Assembly: GCA_040954595.2 (NCBI GenBank)
Contig: CM082598.2
Location: 2,921,154-2,985,153 of the forward strand
DNA length: 64,000 bases
Origin: Balanoglossus misakiensis
Lineage: Eukaryota > Animalia > Hemichordata
Direction: 5' to 3'
The first letter of the stretch is position 1, and each line of letters opens with the position of its first letter. The notes under the pieces are model-generated. The model was not told the origin of the DNA. It saw only the letters and a list, made by a program, of their open reading frames with translations, and searched no databases. Positions 14,369 to 53,975 of the stretch are shown here, in pieces. A program made the translations under genes and the position numbers.

Positions 14369-15589
14369 TTTATTGGTTTATGCTATCTACAGTGGACATT
14401 AGCGTAGATGTCAAGACTTACTTTCTCTTTGCAGGTTTTCCAACCAGAAACTTGGATCTTTTCCAAAACGGGTGCCAGGTGGAGTGACGGTTGGCGCAAT
14501 GTTTGAATCTATTGGCTGATGCTTATTTAATCACGTGTCTGTCAATCTATGATGTCATAATTTAATTATGCAAATAGGAAGTCAAGTCACCCTTCTTTAT
14601 GTAATCGACAGATCAAGTCTTCATCATTGTGAGTGACAGCGCCAATGTGACAACATCGCAGCAGTTGAAGTTTAGCCACCGATCCTTTCCATTTTTCAAT
14701 TTCTTACAGGAAGTAATGCAAGGAAATCATACGCGGTCTTCGTCCTCCATTGTCCAGTTGGATAATTAAAGGAAGAGAACAATTTGCGGCCAAAGTTAAG
14801 GATTCCCAGTCATATTCGTGAAAATGGAAAGCCAAGCTTTACGTTCAAGTTCTTCACCCGTTTTATTGACTAATGTGCAAAATCTTCTTAAAATAAAAAT
14901 TAACTTTGTAGCATAAAACTCCTAACTTTTGTTTGTATAATCCTTTACTTGCCAAAATAAAATAGCTCGAGTGACTTGGTCAGTTGTCATGGTTCAGTTT
15001 TTAAAAAAATGAAATAATAAGTTTTATGGGTACGTACCCATATATTTTCATAAACACAAATAGTGCGACATGATTGGTTCCATGATTGTGACGTCACAGT
15101 TTCTGTGTAGTATGGGTGGTTCATTCAAACATGTTGTTTACATAGACATTTTCTATGAAGCCTTATATCGTTATATGGGCAAATTTGACACAAATCCACG
15201 GGTAGGACAATTCTTTTCATGTTAAAGGTTTGCAAATTGATATTTATATCACAAAGTAAAAAAATCACGTCAAGGACACGGCGGTCCCATTGAGGGATTA
15301 CACAAGAAAAAGTCTACACCTGAGTACTTGGCCATATACAGACAGACACACACACATAGCGAGAGATCAATGGGCAAGCACTGACTGACCCATAAGCTGC
15401 CAATGGCATATGTACTGTACATACACTAAATAGAACACCTGGCCTCTTTAAAACTTAGCCAGTTATGTAATCATTCAGGAATTTGCAGTGTAAATCAATC
15501 ACACAGGGAACTTCCTGCCTAATTAAAACAACTCAATAAAGTAAATACACACCACTTTGCAAAGCAATCTGACTAGTAGTTCTTGAGTT

Positions 15590-15840
15590 ACTGAGTTTTG
15601 ACCAAATTCACATTTTTTCCAGCTAATTTGCATATTTTTGGCGATGACACCTTCATTTGAAGAAACTCCCATCTACAGCCCAGTCTGCATCTGCACACCA
15701 AATATCAAGGTGATACACGCAGCGGTTTTCAAGTTTTTGATGTGGATGGACATACAGACATACATCCATCCATACATACAGACGCAACCGATCCCATAAG
15801 GTGCCATGGTATATATACCTACACAAATGGGACCTAGTAA
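15590..15840 (+). mobile_element. Possible Helentron-associated (HINE/pearl-like) non-autonomous element fragment
   Basis: CCAAATATCAAGGTGATAC...TTTTCAAGTTTT core followed by a GACA/TACA tetranucleotide run resembles this element class. Resemblance only, not an alignment. Confidence 0.3.
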
Positions 15841-18800
15841 ACCCAAAATGGTATTTGCCATCAACTGTGCACTTTTAAGTCCAAGTTCTTCACCCGTTTT
15901 ATTGAGTAATGTGCAAAATCTTCTTGTTCCATTCTTGAAGTTCTATGGGATTTATAGCTCCGGGTATTTTCAAGACCTCTGAAATCGCTAAATTTTCATC
16001 TCCTTTGCCATTTTTGGATAGAATTATGCAAGTCATCGACAAGAATACAGATAACCGTGCTTTTTTTCTTTAAAAAAATACAATCGTTTGAGACCGGCGT
16101 ATACAATTTCATAAATTTCATAAAATGAATACTTTGCTTTTTGAAAACCACCTTTATGATTTCGACATACTAGCGGCTCTCAAAAAGTTAACGTTTGTAA
16201 AATTCTGAAATCTTTGGAATTTTTTTAGGAGCTGTAAACATTTGCATATATGTGACGTCACTGGCCAAAGGCGCGAAAAAACGGCGCCTTTTCGAAATTG
16301 TATGGTTCCGTATTCTTTGTACAAAAACCAACCATGGACACTTTTACATTTTGTTTGATTTTGAAATTGAAATTTAGCAAGCGTGGCTAGGCAAAGTGTT
16401 GAACAGCAGGCAAATTTCAGTGCTATTACAGTTGAACCATTCCAACCAATAATAAATCTGAAATCGCCAAGATTTTTTTGAATTTTTTTAAAAGTAATTG
16501 AATTTTTTTGTACTTGTCGATTCCAATAAACAAGTCCAAGAGTAGTGACTAATTAATTACCGTAGGAACGGATTTCTAGCCAATTCATAAACGTCGAGAT
16601 TTTCACGAATAGATAATTTTCCACCAATTGTGAGATCTTTTATTCTTTTGCATAGATATGTTCATTTTACATTTACGTATAAGTACAATTGTTATTTATA
16701 TCTGCAGAAAGATCCATATATAAAAATGGCTTTTTAAAAAACCGCAAACTGGCTCTGGAAAGGTAATTTGAATCAAACTCATCATTTCTACCTTGCTTTC
16801 AATTTTACAGGGGTTAAATTTCAATCTGAATATTCAAAGGTAGTATTCTTGTTTATATTGTTTAAAATTTCTTTGGATATTAAATTATCTGAGTTGCGAA
16901 TATCAAACTCATTCAGTCTTTTTAATAACTTCGGACAAAAACTTGATTGATGCAGATAATTGGATAGGCGACAAAAGCAAAAGTCTTCTGAGTGTATTCA
17001 ATTATGTTTTCTTCAAATTGGCACCATAAAATATTACAGCAGGACTGAGTATAATTACATTTGCATATTTGATTAACTTTCATAAATCTGAATAATTAAA
17101 CTGACCATGTATTCATATTACTAGTAACCATTTCATGGCATTTCAGGATATAGAAAACTAAAAAATTTTTCTAAAATCTTGACAAAGTTCTTCATTTTTT
17201 AATTAACATGCCTGCACTAATTGAGGCTAATTAGAATCAAATTACTGTCTTCATCGAGTAAAAAAGGATAAGAATTGAAAATCCACTTATATGAAATTCA
17301 CATCTCGATTATCGGTAGTTCAGTCATATATGAAAATACTGCTTACTTCATGTCTTATAAAAATGTAAAGTTTCTGATAAAATATTTCCTCCATAATATT
17401 TACAAATTTGGTAGCTCTACTACCAGTATTGATCAACAATGTCCCGCCACCTAGTACATCTGATTACAATTCAAATTCCTAATTTACAATTTTCGTTATC
17501 CTTCAGAAGCAAAACTGAAAGTTTAGCACTTAAGTATAAGAGTCTTTGCTTGTATCCTGAGTATAGTAGTATCATACCAATTTTTACACACACTTTAACT
17601 TGAACGAATATTTTGAACAAAAAATGGTAGTAAATGTTGTTAGTAAATTCACTCTGTCTGATTTCTCTCCCACAATGTTATTTTCCGTGTAAATAAGATT
17701 GGTGCATTATTCAGTTAAAACTTCTGCAGCTAAATTCACTAAAAGGCCAACATCAATCCGGGGGTTCTCATACAAATTAGCTGAATATACATAGAAAATC
17801 ATTGCATAGATACAGTTGTATACATGTCACTTCATACGTGAGAATGAATTAGCTGTCCTGATTGGAGTGAAGAGCTCATTTGGCACCAACATCATATCTT
17901 GCGTCTTGATCAACAATCTTGACCTGGTTTCGTCTTACAATTCTGTCTTGGGCATGTTCTCTGCAGAAATAAAATCAAGGCATTTACTATGTAACATCGC
18001 AAGTAATGAAGCCTCAAACTGGTAATTTTTACAACCTTAATGCCACATATTTTCAGGGAGGGAATAATACTTATAACTTTAAGTTTGAATGTAGCAAGTG
18101 GTATACATAATAGACATGCATTGGATGGAAGTCAGGAACAATTTGACTTCTCAGGACAAAATGCAGTAGGTTTATTCATTGGGACACGAAATTCAGGCAA
18201 AATAACTAGAACTATGTATGTTATACATAGATATAAGATATACTGTGCTTAAATTAAATAATTTATGCAGGTAACATGGCATTGAGATGTAACACCATAT
18301 CCAATTTTCTGAAATGTAACGGTCATACTTACACCTGTTATTATACCCATATTTATCTGATATCATGAGTGAGATGAGAGCCTTTATTTCAAACATTTAT
18401 AAATGAATGTGAACTTTCCACAGGGTGGTTGTATGGTCAATTTGAGTGGCTAGATTACAGAACATGTATAGTGAATGTTGGATATGCTTGATTGCCGAGT
18501 GTCGAAATGAATGAGGCTCTCATTTTCACCAGCTATCCATCTACTGTTATGCATAATGCAATTACATACAAATAAATCTGGCTAAATTTACTGGCCACTA
18601 TTCTGTGACATGCTTATGTCTACTTCCGACATCATCAAAACTAAATTGCTATGCTAAGGAAACATCCTCTACATTTATAATAAAACAGTTCGAGCTGCAC
18701 AGAAAAGTATACTGACCATCAATTATTTTGATCAATACTGTTAACAAGAAACACTACATCTGCTTTTGACGGTAAAAAGTCATCTGTGGTCTAGACCGCA

Positions 18801-20126
18801 ATGAATGTTTTAGAGATAAGAATGTGTTACACTAAACAAAACACAACCCAATCACTTCCTTTGTGTCCAGGTGTCTTTGCGAAAATTGCAACAATTTATA
18901 CAATATTAGTTCTTATCAAGTGAGACAGATTTATACAAACACTTATGAGCAGGACTGATAAAAATCTAAGGTCAGTACATTCCTTCTGTGAGGCTAAAAC
19001 TGTTTCCATTCTGTATGTGCTGATTAACACTCCACTACTTTTCAAATGTAACCATGCAATTGAATTTTCTCTCTAAACTTGCCAATCATGCAAACATACT
19101 ACATATCTCACCATATTTGCTTTGTTTCACAAATGCTGCAAACAATTTGCAAAGGAAAGCTTAAAGTTACAAGAGAGCATTGGTAATTTTTACCTAAACG
19201 AAAGCAGCTATTTGTTAATATATTTCAAACAAGCCTAGCATGCATCTGGCATTTCTACACTGAAGCTTTTAGTCATGACTGCATTAAATTTATTATTTAG
19301 CTTCCAAGAGTTTGAAAGTAATTTTCCAAGGTCCCATAATCAGATTAATTTCCTTTTATGTTTTATTAAGGTCAAAAAGATAAAAGATAGTAAGAAAAGT
19401 GACCCCTAAAGGGGTAGGGATGACTTGGAAAATGACTTGTTTGTATATGGCCGTCTAATTCTAAAGAACAACTGATTGGTGTTAATAGCTGCTGATAAAT
19501 TACTTACAACCAGAACAAGGGATTAAGCTTGGCTATCTGCTGCAAGGCAGTCATTTGCTTTGCCTAAAACGATGGTAAAAGGTGTTAGGAGCACAAAAGT
19601 CTGACCACATCACCACCACCACACAGACAAAGCATACACCAGCGAGGTTAACTTCTTTGCAGCCTGTGTACTAACTAGTCTTTCATATCCAAACATGACG
19701 TTTTCCAGAAGAAGAAAAAAATTAAAGGGATAAGTTTGGTCATTGGTGATTGAGCATATTTAAATGAACATAATCAATTTGTCTTTTAGTGGTCCTGCCA
19801 TCCCAGTACCCATTCATGCAGCAAGCAAGTGCACAAAACTAAAACAACCAACATATCAAAAAATGTGTGACTATGTCCCTTAGAATACATGACTGATGTT
19901 TCACTCGCAAGAATAGAATAGCATGGACAATCATTCATGATGAATGGACCGGACAAAATTATCATTATTCTATACTGGAAAATTGATTTGATATTTAATA
20001 TTTTGGCACGTGATGAATTGAGCTGGATTTATCATTATACATGACTGCAAAAAGTTAAGCTGGTGGATGAGTAAAGATAACGAAGATGGATTATAAGCGT
20101 TGAGTAATTAGTGGAAGCAGGAGGAT

Positions 20127-46471
<26,345 letters not shown>

Positions 46472-46750
46472 GTCCGTCGATGTAAATGTCTCAATGCTGT
46501 GTGTGCCGAGCGTAATAACAGGAGCCGGTGAACGCTACGAGTCCAGCACCGACTCGCTGAAGTTGAAGACTCGAAGGAACTGGCAAATATTTGACGATGA
46601 TATTCCTCCTGTCTACGACCGAAGCTTGCCTGTATCCAAGATAAACATACTGGTCCAATATAAATGCAATGTGACGGCTCTGGGAGACACAGCTCGACGA
46701 CAAACCACTTCGTCTTCCTCTCTCCTTACGGACCTAATATTTGGCTGGTT

Positions 46751-46790
46751 ACTTCCTGGTAGGGTCACGTGACAGGGCAGGGCAGGGCAG
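46751..46790 (-). promoter_or_regulatory. Candidate phosphatase promoter motifs: ETS site, palindromic E-box, GGGCA repeats
   Basis: ACTTCCTGGT at 46751-46760, GTCACGTGAC at 46764-46773 and (GGGCA)3, about 290 bp upstream of the ATG in a CpG-rich stretch. Confidence 0.45.
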
Positions 46791-46900
46791 AACGAAGGTC
46801 ACGAACTTGCACACCTGTAGGAGTTCAAAGACAACCGATTTTTAAGAGTTGAATGTAGTTGTATGAAATGCAGAATTCGATAAATTCATACTCCTAACAC

Positions 46901-47036
46901 AATTCATTCATTCATTCATTCATCCATCTATCCGTTCGTTCGTTCGTTCGTTCTTTCGTTCGTTCGTTCATTCATCCATCCATCCATCCATACGGTCAGT
47001 CAGTCAGTCAGTCATTAGGCCTAATTCATTCATTCA
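46901..47036. repeat. Compound microsatellite (TTCA/TCCA/TTCG/GTCA)
   Basis: Directly visible. Confidence 0.9.
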
Positions 47037-48482
47037 CAGATGATAGCGGTGAATATATTGTCATCATGATGACGAATTTTAGCATTGACACAGGGATGTA
47101 TATAAAATAACTGGCACTTTCTTTTCAATACGACTATCTTGTAATGATCTTATACCGTGAAGAAGGGATAAAATGGTGTGATTATATTTGACGAGTCTGT
47201 TCTGACCGAACTACGTTAAAATTGTGAATTGTTGCAATGTCTTTGTTCCGTAACGGGGAAAGTATTTGGCCAGGAACAGAAATTTCGAACTGGAATCTTC
47301 CGCTTTCTGAGTTTGTTACAAGGAAATAAAACTATGGCACAATTGCAGTGAGATTTGAAGGGATGTGGTAGTTTAAATGGCAATCCGTGTGGATTAGAAT
47401 GCCGTGAACATATAGTATGTCTGCTTTTCCTGGTAAGTCTATGAACAGGCAGAATGTGTTGGCAAAACCCGTGAGAAATTCCACTTTCGTGTGCGTGTGT
47501 GTTTTGTCTCCAAGAGATTGCAGAACAGTTTCGCAATGTCTGTAATTTCATGGAATTCAGTCTAATATTGAGAAGTGGCTTTTCTACCACTCGCACGAAT
47601 TAGAGAGCACGTACGGGGTAAGTCACAGCTCATTCCCTTTTTCATATTTTTTTCAGATCAAAACGCCATAGACTTAAACGCGATTTCCTTGCCAACAGTC
47701 TATTTCTGTGTTCACAGATCTAGGGCATCTGTGGTTTGTTCTGGCATGCACGATTGAGCAGAGAGAAGGAACTACAGACATTTGCATGTCTGACCGTGAC
47801 GTTAGGTACTATCGCACTCAACCTACTCCAGGAACTAGTTACGTAAGCATCGTACCTGTGTGACGTGACCGCCGGACACAGAACGGGAATCGATGATTCA
47901 CCAGGCGGAGCGCATCTGGTGGTTTCCCCGGCATCAGATGATCGTGACTGTGATCTGATCATCGAGGAAAAAATCCCACTCGTCCAAATATATTTAAAGA
48001 GGCACTGTCGGCCACTTTTTACATTATACTTTTTGGCAGAGAATTGTGTTTTGATATACAATACACTATACATGTATTACTAAATGTATTTCTCTTCAGA
48101 GACACATGCTCAGTACTATAACGGTTGTATTATATTTAACATATTCCCGTTCTGCCTCACACAACAATTCCACACTGAACACAAACAACACAATAGTCTT
48201 GGCTGTTTTGGCCGTGCTCAGGACCAATGCGCATCGTGGCTATGGCAACGCACCCCCCCCCCCTTTGCCTCCCGCACATATCCGTTCCCACGGAAGATAG
48301 TGTGGTATGTTCAACCCTGGCAGTACCTGGCGATATGTACCCGGAAGTATGGCGGGATCAATAATCAATAGACTGTCTTTGTGGACTGTTGCTGGTCAGC
48401 AGACAGTAATTAAATGTCAAAGTTTGATGACATGTACCAACAAACCCCAAAGGCATGTTTCGACAGCGGACCACGGACCTCC

Positions 48483-48617
48483 GTCTCTGTCTGTCTATCT
48501 GATATCTGCTTCCCGAGTATGTATGTCTCTCTGTCTCTCTGTCTCTCTCTCTCTCTCTCTCCCCCCCCCCTCTCTCTCTCTCTCTCTCTCGCTCTTTCTC
48601 TCTCTCTCTCTCTCTCT
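48483..48617. repeat. (CT)n / pyrimidine-rich microsatellite
   Basis: Directly visible. Confidence 0.9.
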
Positions 48618-49704
48618 TACAGCTGAAATATACTTTAGGGGAAATTGGGTATTAATGGCGGTTTTCACGAGACTAGGTTGAATAAGGAAGTGAAAGTTTG
48701 AATTACATTCAATCCGAGTGTATTTACCCTGTAGTCGAATTTACTTCAACAAAAAAGCTACTTATAATAATTGTAAGTAAGAGCCAGTTTTTTTAATTTC
48801 ATGTCACCGAAGTCAATATCAGGGGCAGCAGTATCATGAGAAAAAAACCCCGAAAAACTCCATCTGAATCGTATGAGAAAGGGCCAATACTGCACAAGAT
48901 ATGAACTGCTGTGGCGGAACAGCAATGTACTGGCATGTAGACCAGAGATGTAGAGTCTTTAATACTAGTAACCACGGCAGCCCTAGCGCTATCACTCAGC
49001 AGGTCAAAAAGCAAGTTATGTTTAAGGTCAAAGTGTGCCTCTCCATTCCATTCGCGTGGTCGGTTGACATGGTGAAATAAGAGAGACTGTGTAATCAAAT
49101 AGTCCGTTGGTTTGTAAGATGAAACCCATGAACATCTCAACTCTGACAAATAAATGGTCAAGTGGCGTGCTGGGTACGCTGGTTGTTAAGTGAAAACTGG
49201 ACACTCGATCTGGCTATTTGCCGCACTTGCTGAACGTCGGCACGCGGTATTGGATAATTGACTGTACGTGTCCATTGTCGTCCCAGGGGATCAGTGTGTT
49301 CATATGTGTGTGTATGTGTGTCTGTCTGCCTGTCTGTTGTAGAGTCGACTGTATTAAAGCAGGTCTCGGGAATAGGCACAACACCATCCCTCTCCTACTA
49401 CGGTGAAAAAAACATTGAAAACATTTCAAAAAGTGTCTTCTTTTTTTCTCTGTGTAGTGGGGCATGTGATATGCAGTGCAGTAGTGGAATGATGTGAATA
49501 GACTCATAGTCATATTTTTACAAATTTGCTATACGATAAATTTAGTAACAGGACACGACAATCTGGCTGCAGATTTACAATATTTATCCCAGTTTCGGTA
49601 TAAAACAAACCACAGTATCATCCTCTGCAATCGTCTGATCTCTTCAAACAAGATCCATCCTTTGGATCGAAACAAATTCTTTAATAAAATGAAGAATTTG
49701 AAGG

Positions 49705-50196
49705 GTGGTATTCATCGACACGACGCTCTCACCAAAGCCAAAGAAACCGCTTTTTGTGTACGGCCTTAAAAACACTCTGAAGCAGTCTCCCTACTTCCAA
49801 TTAGCGAGAAGAAGACAGTATATCTACAAGAGGAAAGATCAAAGCATATTCATTGCCTCAGAAGAAGAGCGGTTATCAGTCTGCAGCCAGTTCTGGTAGG
49901 AATGAGATAGGAATAAACTTAAGACATTCTACGAAAGAAGCTCACGACAAGCGTCAAGCGTGATGTCCAATTTGAATTCAGACAACATAGTATAACGGTT
50001 TCAACCATGGTTTCAACAACCCAGCATAGCTAGGCAGATGGTTCACAAAATGAAACATGACCTTATGAAACAACAAGACAAGATGCGGGAAACGTCACCT
50101 GGTAATGATATCATTTTGATTAGCTCTGATGATGATGAAGCTTTGATAGAATTAAAGCAAAACAAGACCATAGCAAAAATTGCCACTGAAAACTAA
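49705..50196 (+). pseudogene. Possible decayed ORF of unknown origin
   Basis: About 164 codons in one frame with three internal stops (TAG, TGA, TAA), protein-like composition and a DIILISSDDDE motif. No family recognised. Confidence 0.25.
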
Positions 50197-50739
50197 AAGG
50201 TAACATGGAGTCACATATCTAAAGTTATGTCAGTTTAGTAAAGAAAAAACAACAACAACATTGTTGGTTGTGTTTAATTTCGAGCCTTTTCCGCTAAAAC
50301 TGTATAAAGCACATGGGACGAAAAGTACCAGAATGAAATCACGTCAACTTCCGGTTGATTAGAGTGACCTGAAATGAACTGAACTGAAAACTTTGTCAAG
50401 AGAAGAACTCTGAAGTATCGGGAATAACGCACGAGTAAAGATAATAGTTAGGGGCACAAGCGCCTGAGGGCGCTTGTGCCCCTTCTGTTATTGCTGGAGT
50501 TTTTCTTCTTTCTTCTTGTTAACCTAAATTTTGTAATTTTATGCAAGGTAAGATTCTAGCATTCAGACGAATCACAATGAGAATCCTCTCCTGTCACGAC
50601 ACGCGATATAAGCACGGTCATAAGTTTACTAAGCGCTGCATGATAAACGCTGCACGTGCACTCAGGCTGCACATGGGGTCAGAGTTCAGGGACCGAGATA
50701 CCGTTCCCGGAGGTGAAACGAGACTTTACGAGATCCATC

Positions 50740-53068
50740 ATGGCCGCCTCCATGGTTGGGAGGTGTGCTCCAGCCTTACCCAAATTTTGTCGATGTGCAA
50801 GCTTATTTCTAAGGAAACCACAAAGCGCTCAGTCACCATTTGTAGGTAAGTTTCCCGCTGTGTGATTTTCATACGAATATTGAAGACTCATCATTAATTG
50901 CAGGTCTTTCCCCCCGTGACAGCTCGCTTGAGTTGGAAAATTCATTATCTGCAAGATTGTGTGTTGAGGGCGCACCACAACATATGCAATTCATTAGCTC
51001 CAGGTTTTGTTTGTGTTATTTCTTTTCTTTACAACTATAGGACATCAATCTGATCCGTCTCATCATGGTATATTAGGGGGAATGCCACCATGCAGTAGGT
51101 ATCTGAATACAAGTTGTTCAAATAACGACAGGTGAGTTAAAAGACACTATATAGTATATAATGAGAGGTATGTCAACTTATTCAAATGCTACTGTTGTCT
51201 GCTCTCGTCTTTTAGTCATGATATGGTCATCACACTGACAGTGTAATTTGCTAGTTTGGTGTCCAGATAATTCATCAGCGGTATAAGGACAGACTGTGAC
51301 ACCCCTGCCCTGAACATTTGCCACATGGGATATTTCCAGCACTCACGGAAGTGTCCAGTGGGTACTCGTTCAGGGGGTGACTACCCTAGCACCTTTACCG
51401 CACATTCTGGTGTAAATTATAAATTTCTCATATTTTTTCAGGTCACCTGTGATAGCCCCCTCTGTGACTTTAGACATGGAAGAAATAGAGAAGAGGTTGG
51501 CTATACCCGAGAAGAAACATAATGGTAAAACTGTGTAATCAAATATGAAAAAAAATTATTATACTTTTGGTCCAAAATGTGAATGACCCAGAGCAAACAT
51601 TGTCTGGTAGTTCTTGAAATGACGCTATCAGATGCTTAAGTTTTTTAGATTTACCTGCATGATATTGAACCAGACGAAAGCTCTTTATTTTCATCCAGTT
51701 CTATACAAGATGTTTTATACAAAACTACAATAACCTCATTTGTATATTTTTATCTTTCTCTTCAGCTGTTGTCAATAAAGTGAATGCCGACATTGTGTCC
51801 AATGCCAGCAGACTATTTGCGGTGATCTACATTCACCGGAAACAATTCAAAGTCACCACGGGCGATCTGATTCAAATCATTGATCATATTGAAGCAGATG
51901 TTGGCGATAAAATTAGACTAGAAAAGGTAGTGTGATCTACGCCGATGGCCATGGCTTGCTATTTTGTTAAATACAGTTTTTACCCTAACTATTGAAACAT
52001 GCACAGCAGGTGTGCCTGTGACTCTACGGTCTGTATATAACGTACTCCCACCTGTAATTAAATGGTACGTTCCTTATGGTTTTTGTACATGCTCAGTGTT
52101 GTTGTTGAAGTTCACTGAATTATACATACCTAGCGGAAAATATTGACTTTGACTCCAAACAATTTTTCTCTCTCAAGGTTTTAATGGTTGGAGGGGATAA
52201 TTTCTCCATGTTGGGAAGACCACTTCTGTCGTAAGTGAACTACAAATCTACACTTCATATGTTGCACATGACACATACAGTACAATTTTCAAGAGTTCTT
52301 ATAACAAATTAGCAAACTGGACAATGGCTCGGGCCAGTATAGGATTCCTGGTAATACTTTCTTTTCATTTGGCAGTAAAGAGTTGGTTGAAGTATGGGCA
52401 ACTGTGATTGAGAAAACAGAAACCCCAAAGAAAATATTTTTTCAGAAGAAGCCTAGGAAAGGATTCAAGAGATGGGTTGGTGAGTTCGAAATGAGAGTTG
52501 ATTTCATATGTGGAGAGTTTGTTACTGTACTTCTTGTAGAGTCAGACAGACATTTCTACAATAAAATTTACAACAAAGAACTTCTGAAAATATTCATTTG
52601 CTGATCAATCTAAATCTTCTGTGAGTGCTTCTGATATCATAGAAATTGAAAACAGCGGTGAGAAAGTCGAGAATATTTCCAGGAAAGGAAAATTAAAAAA
52701 TATTATTGCCAGTACATGATCTCACGGAACATATTGAATAGCACCGCCTATAGTTCACGTATGGTTGTGCTTTCAATGTTTAAGTTGCAGCACGCACAGG
52801 TCAATGTTATTGATTTTAACAATCCTGCAGAACTTTGAAATGCATGTTTTTTTTTTCTTAAACTTTGTGTTTATTTCTTTGTTTATTTCTTTATTGAAAT
52901 AAAGCTTTCATGTCTGTTGACAAGTTCATAATACTCGGATATAACACAGCATTCATTGTACTAATCAAGGTTTGAAATTGTCTGCATTTATTTACAGAGT
53001 ATAAGGACAACTTGACTGTACTGCGGATAAACACAATAGATGTGAACACTGTGAGAGAAGATCACTGA
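50740..53068 (+). CDS. MRPL21: Mitochondrial ribosomal protein bL21m, 7 coding exons
   Basis: Exons 50740-50845, 51041-51131, 51442-51524, 51766-51926, 52178-52230, 52376-52479, 52998-53068, all GT-AG and in phase. Translation RLFAVIYIHRKQFKVTTGDLI...[40 protein letters not shown]...LTVLRINTI matches L21. The N-terminus is basic, like a presequence. AATAAA at 53340. Confidence 0.95.
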
Positions 53069-53789
53069 TTGGCCGGCACCAAGCAATCGAGAGACTGTGA
53101 CAAGAGTTTCAAGTGTCAGTCCATCTAGCTAGTGTGGCTGATTCCAAACTCCCCCTGATAAATGTTGGATTTCATTACTGTTACTCAGCAGTCCCCAAAA
53201 CTGCCCAGTGTTGCTACTCCATGGTTGTCAAAAACATTTTCTGTATGTCCATGAAATGGAGAGAAAACTAAACTACATATACTGTTATTATATTTGTATT
53301 ATCAGTTGTAGTATGTATTCATTCCCTTTTTTAAGAAACAATAAATCCTTACTATAAAAATGTTATCAATGTCTTTTGTATTCTTGAAGGCCGAGGCTGA
53401 CATGTATCTATATAACATGCTCTCAAAACTTGTGAGTTCCTCTCTACATCTACGGTTCTACTTCTTGGAAAGATGATTCTATCACATGACTATCGGAACA
53501 ATATGATTGTTTATAGACCACAGACTGAAACAAACACATTTTGCGGGCGTTTCAGGGACTGTTTTATTTTCTGACCCTTTTTTCGGTGTTTTTTTTTCTC
53601 GATAAATGTTACCAAAAGTTATGTATGTCAACTCCAATATATAAGGTGTTAGGCAACTACTAGTATATCGAAAATAAACGTTCTATTATACTTGTATTGT
53701 TTACAATACTGTCAGTGCTATTGTCAAAAATCCCCGCCCTCAGCTGGTGTTGACATGACCCCTGGGTCATGTAAGATAGAAGAAGACCG

Positions 53790-53975
53790 TGATTGGCCAA
53801 ATAGGTGATGTAATTTGCATATTTAATAACCCGGCACGGCTACTACGTGGTTAGAAACGCGCCTTTCACAATATCTGGAGCATGTGGCATAATTAGCAAC
53901 TTGAACTTTTCGTGAGGACAAAGGGATAATTAGGGCAAGATTACGCCAATAGAAGAATTGGACTGATTTTAAAAG
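53790..53975 (+). promoter_or_regulatory. Candidate promoter and non-coding first exon of the SLC25 gene
   Basis: Inverted CCAAT (GATTGG ~53791), octamer ATTTGCAT at 53813, donor AAAAG|GTATGT at 53975/53976, then a CpG-rich stretch. A matching acceptor TTTTACAG ends at 55250. Confidence 0.4.

Noticed and set aside
18717-18737. Possible 21-nt phase 1-1 microexon (VLIKIID) on the minus strand
   Set aside because: AG and GT flanks exist, but such matches occur by chance and there is no other support.
47216-49513. Cluster of short intergenic ORFs
   Set aside because: No motifs or consistent splice structure; several run through microsatellites.
50450-50490. Rho-independent terminator
   Set aside because: Eukaryotic locus with no upstream operon. 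A transposon-end hairpin is more plausible.
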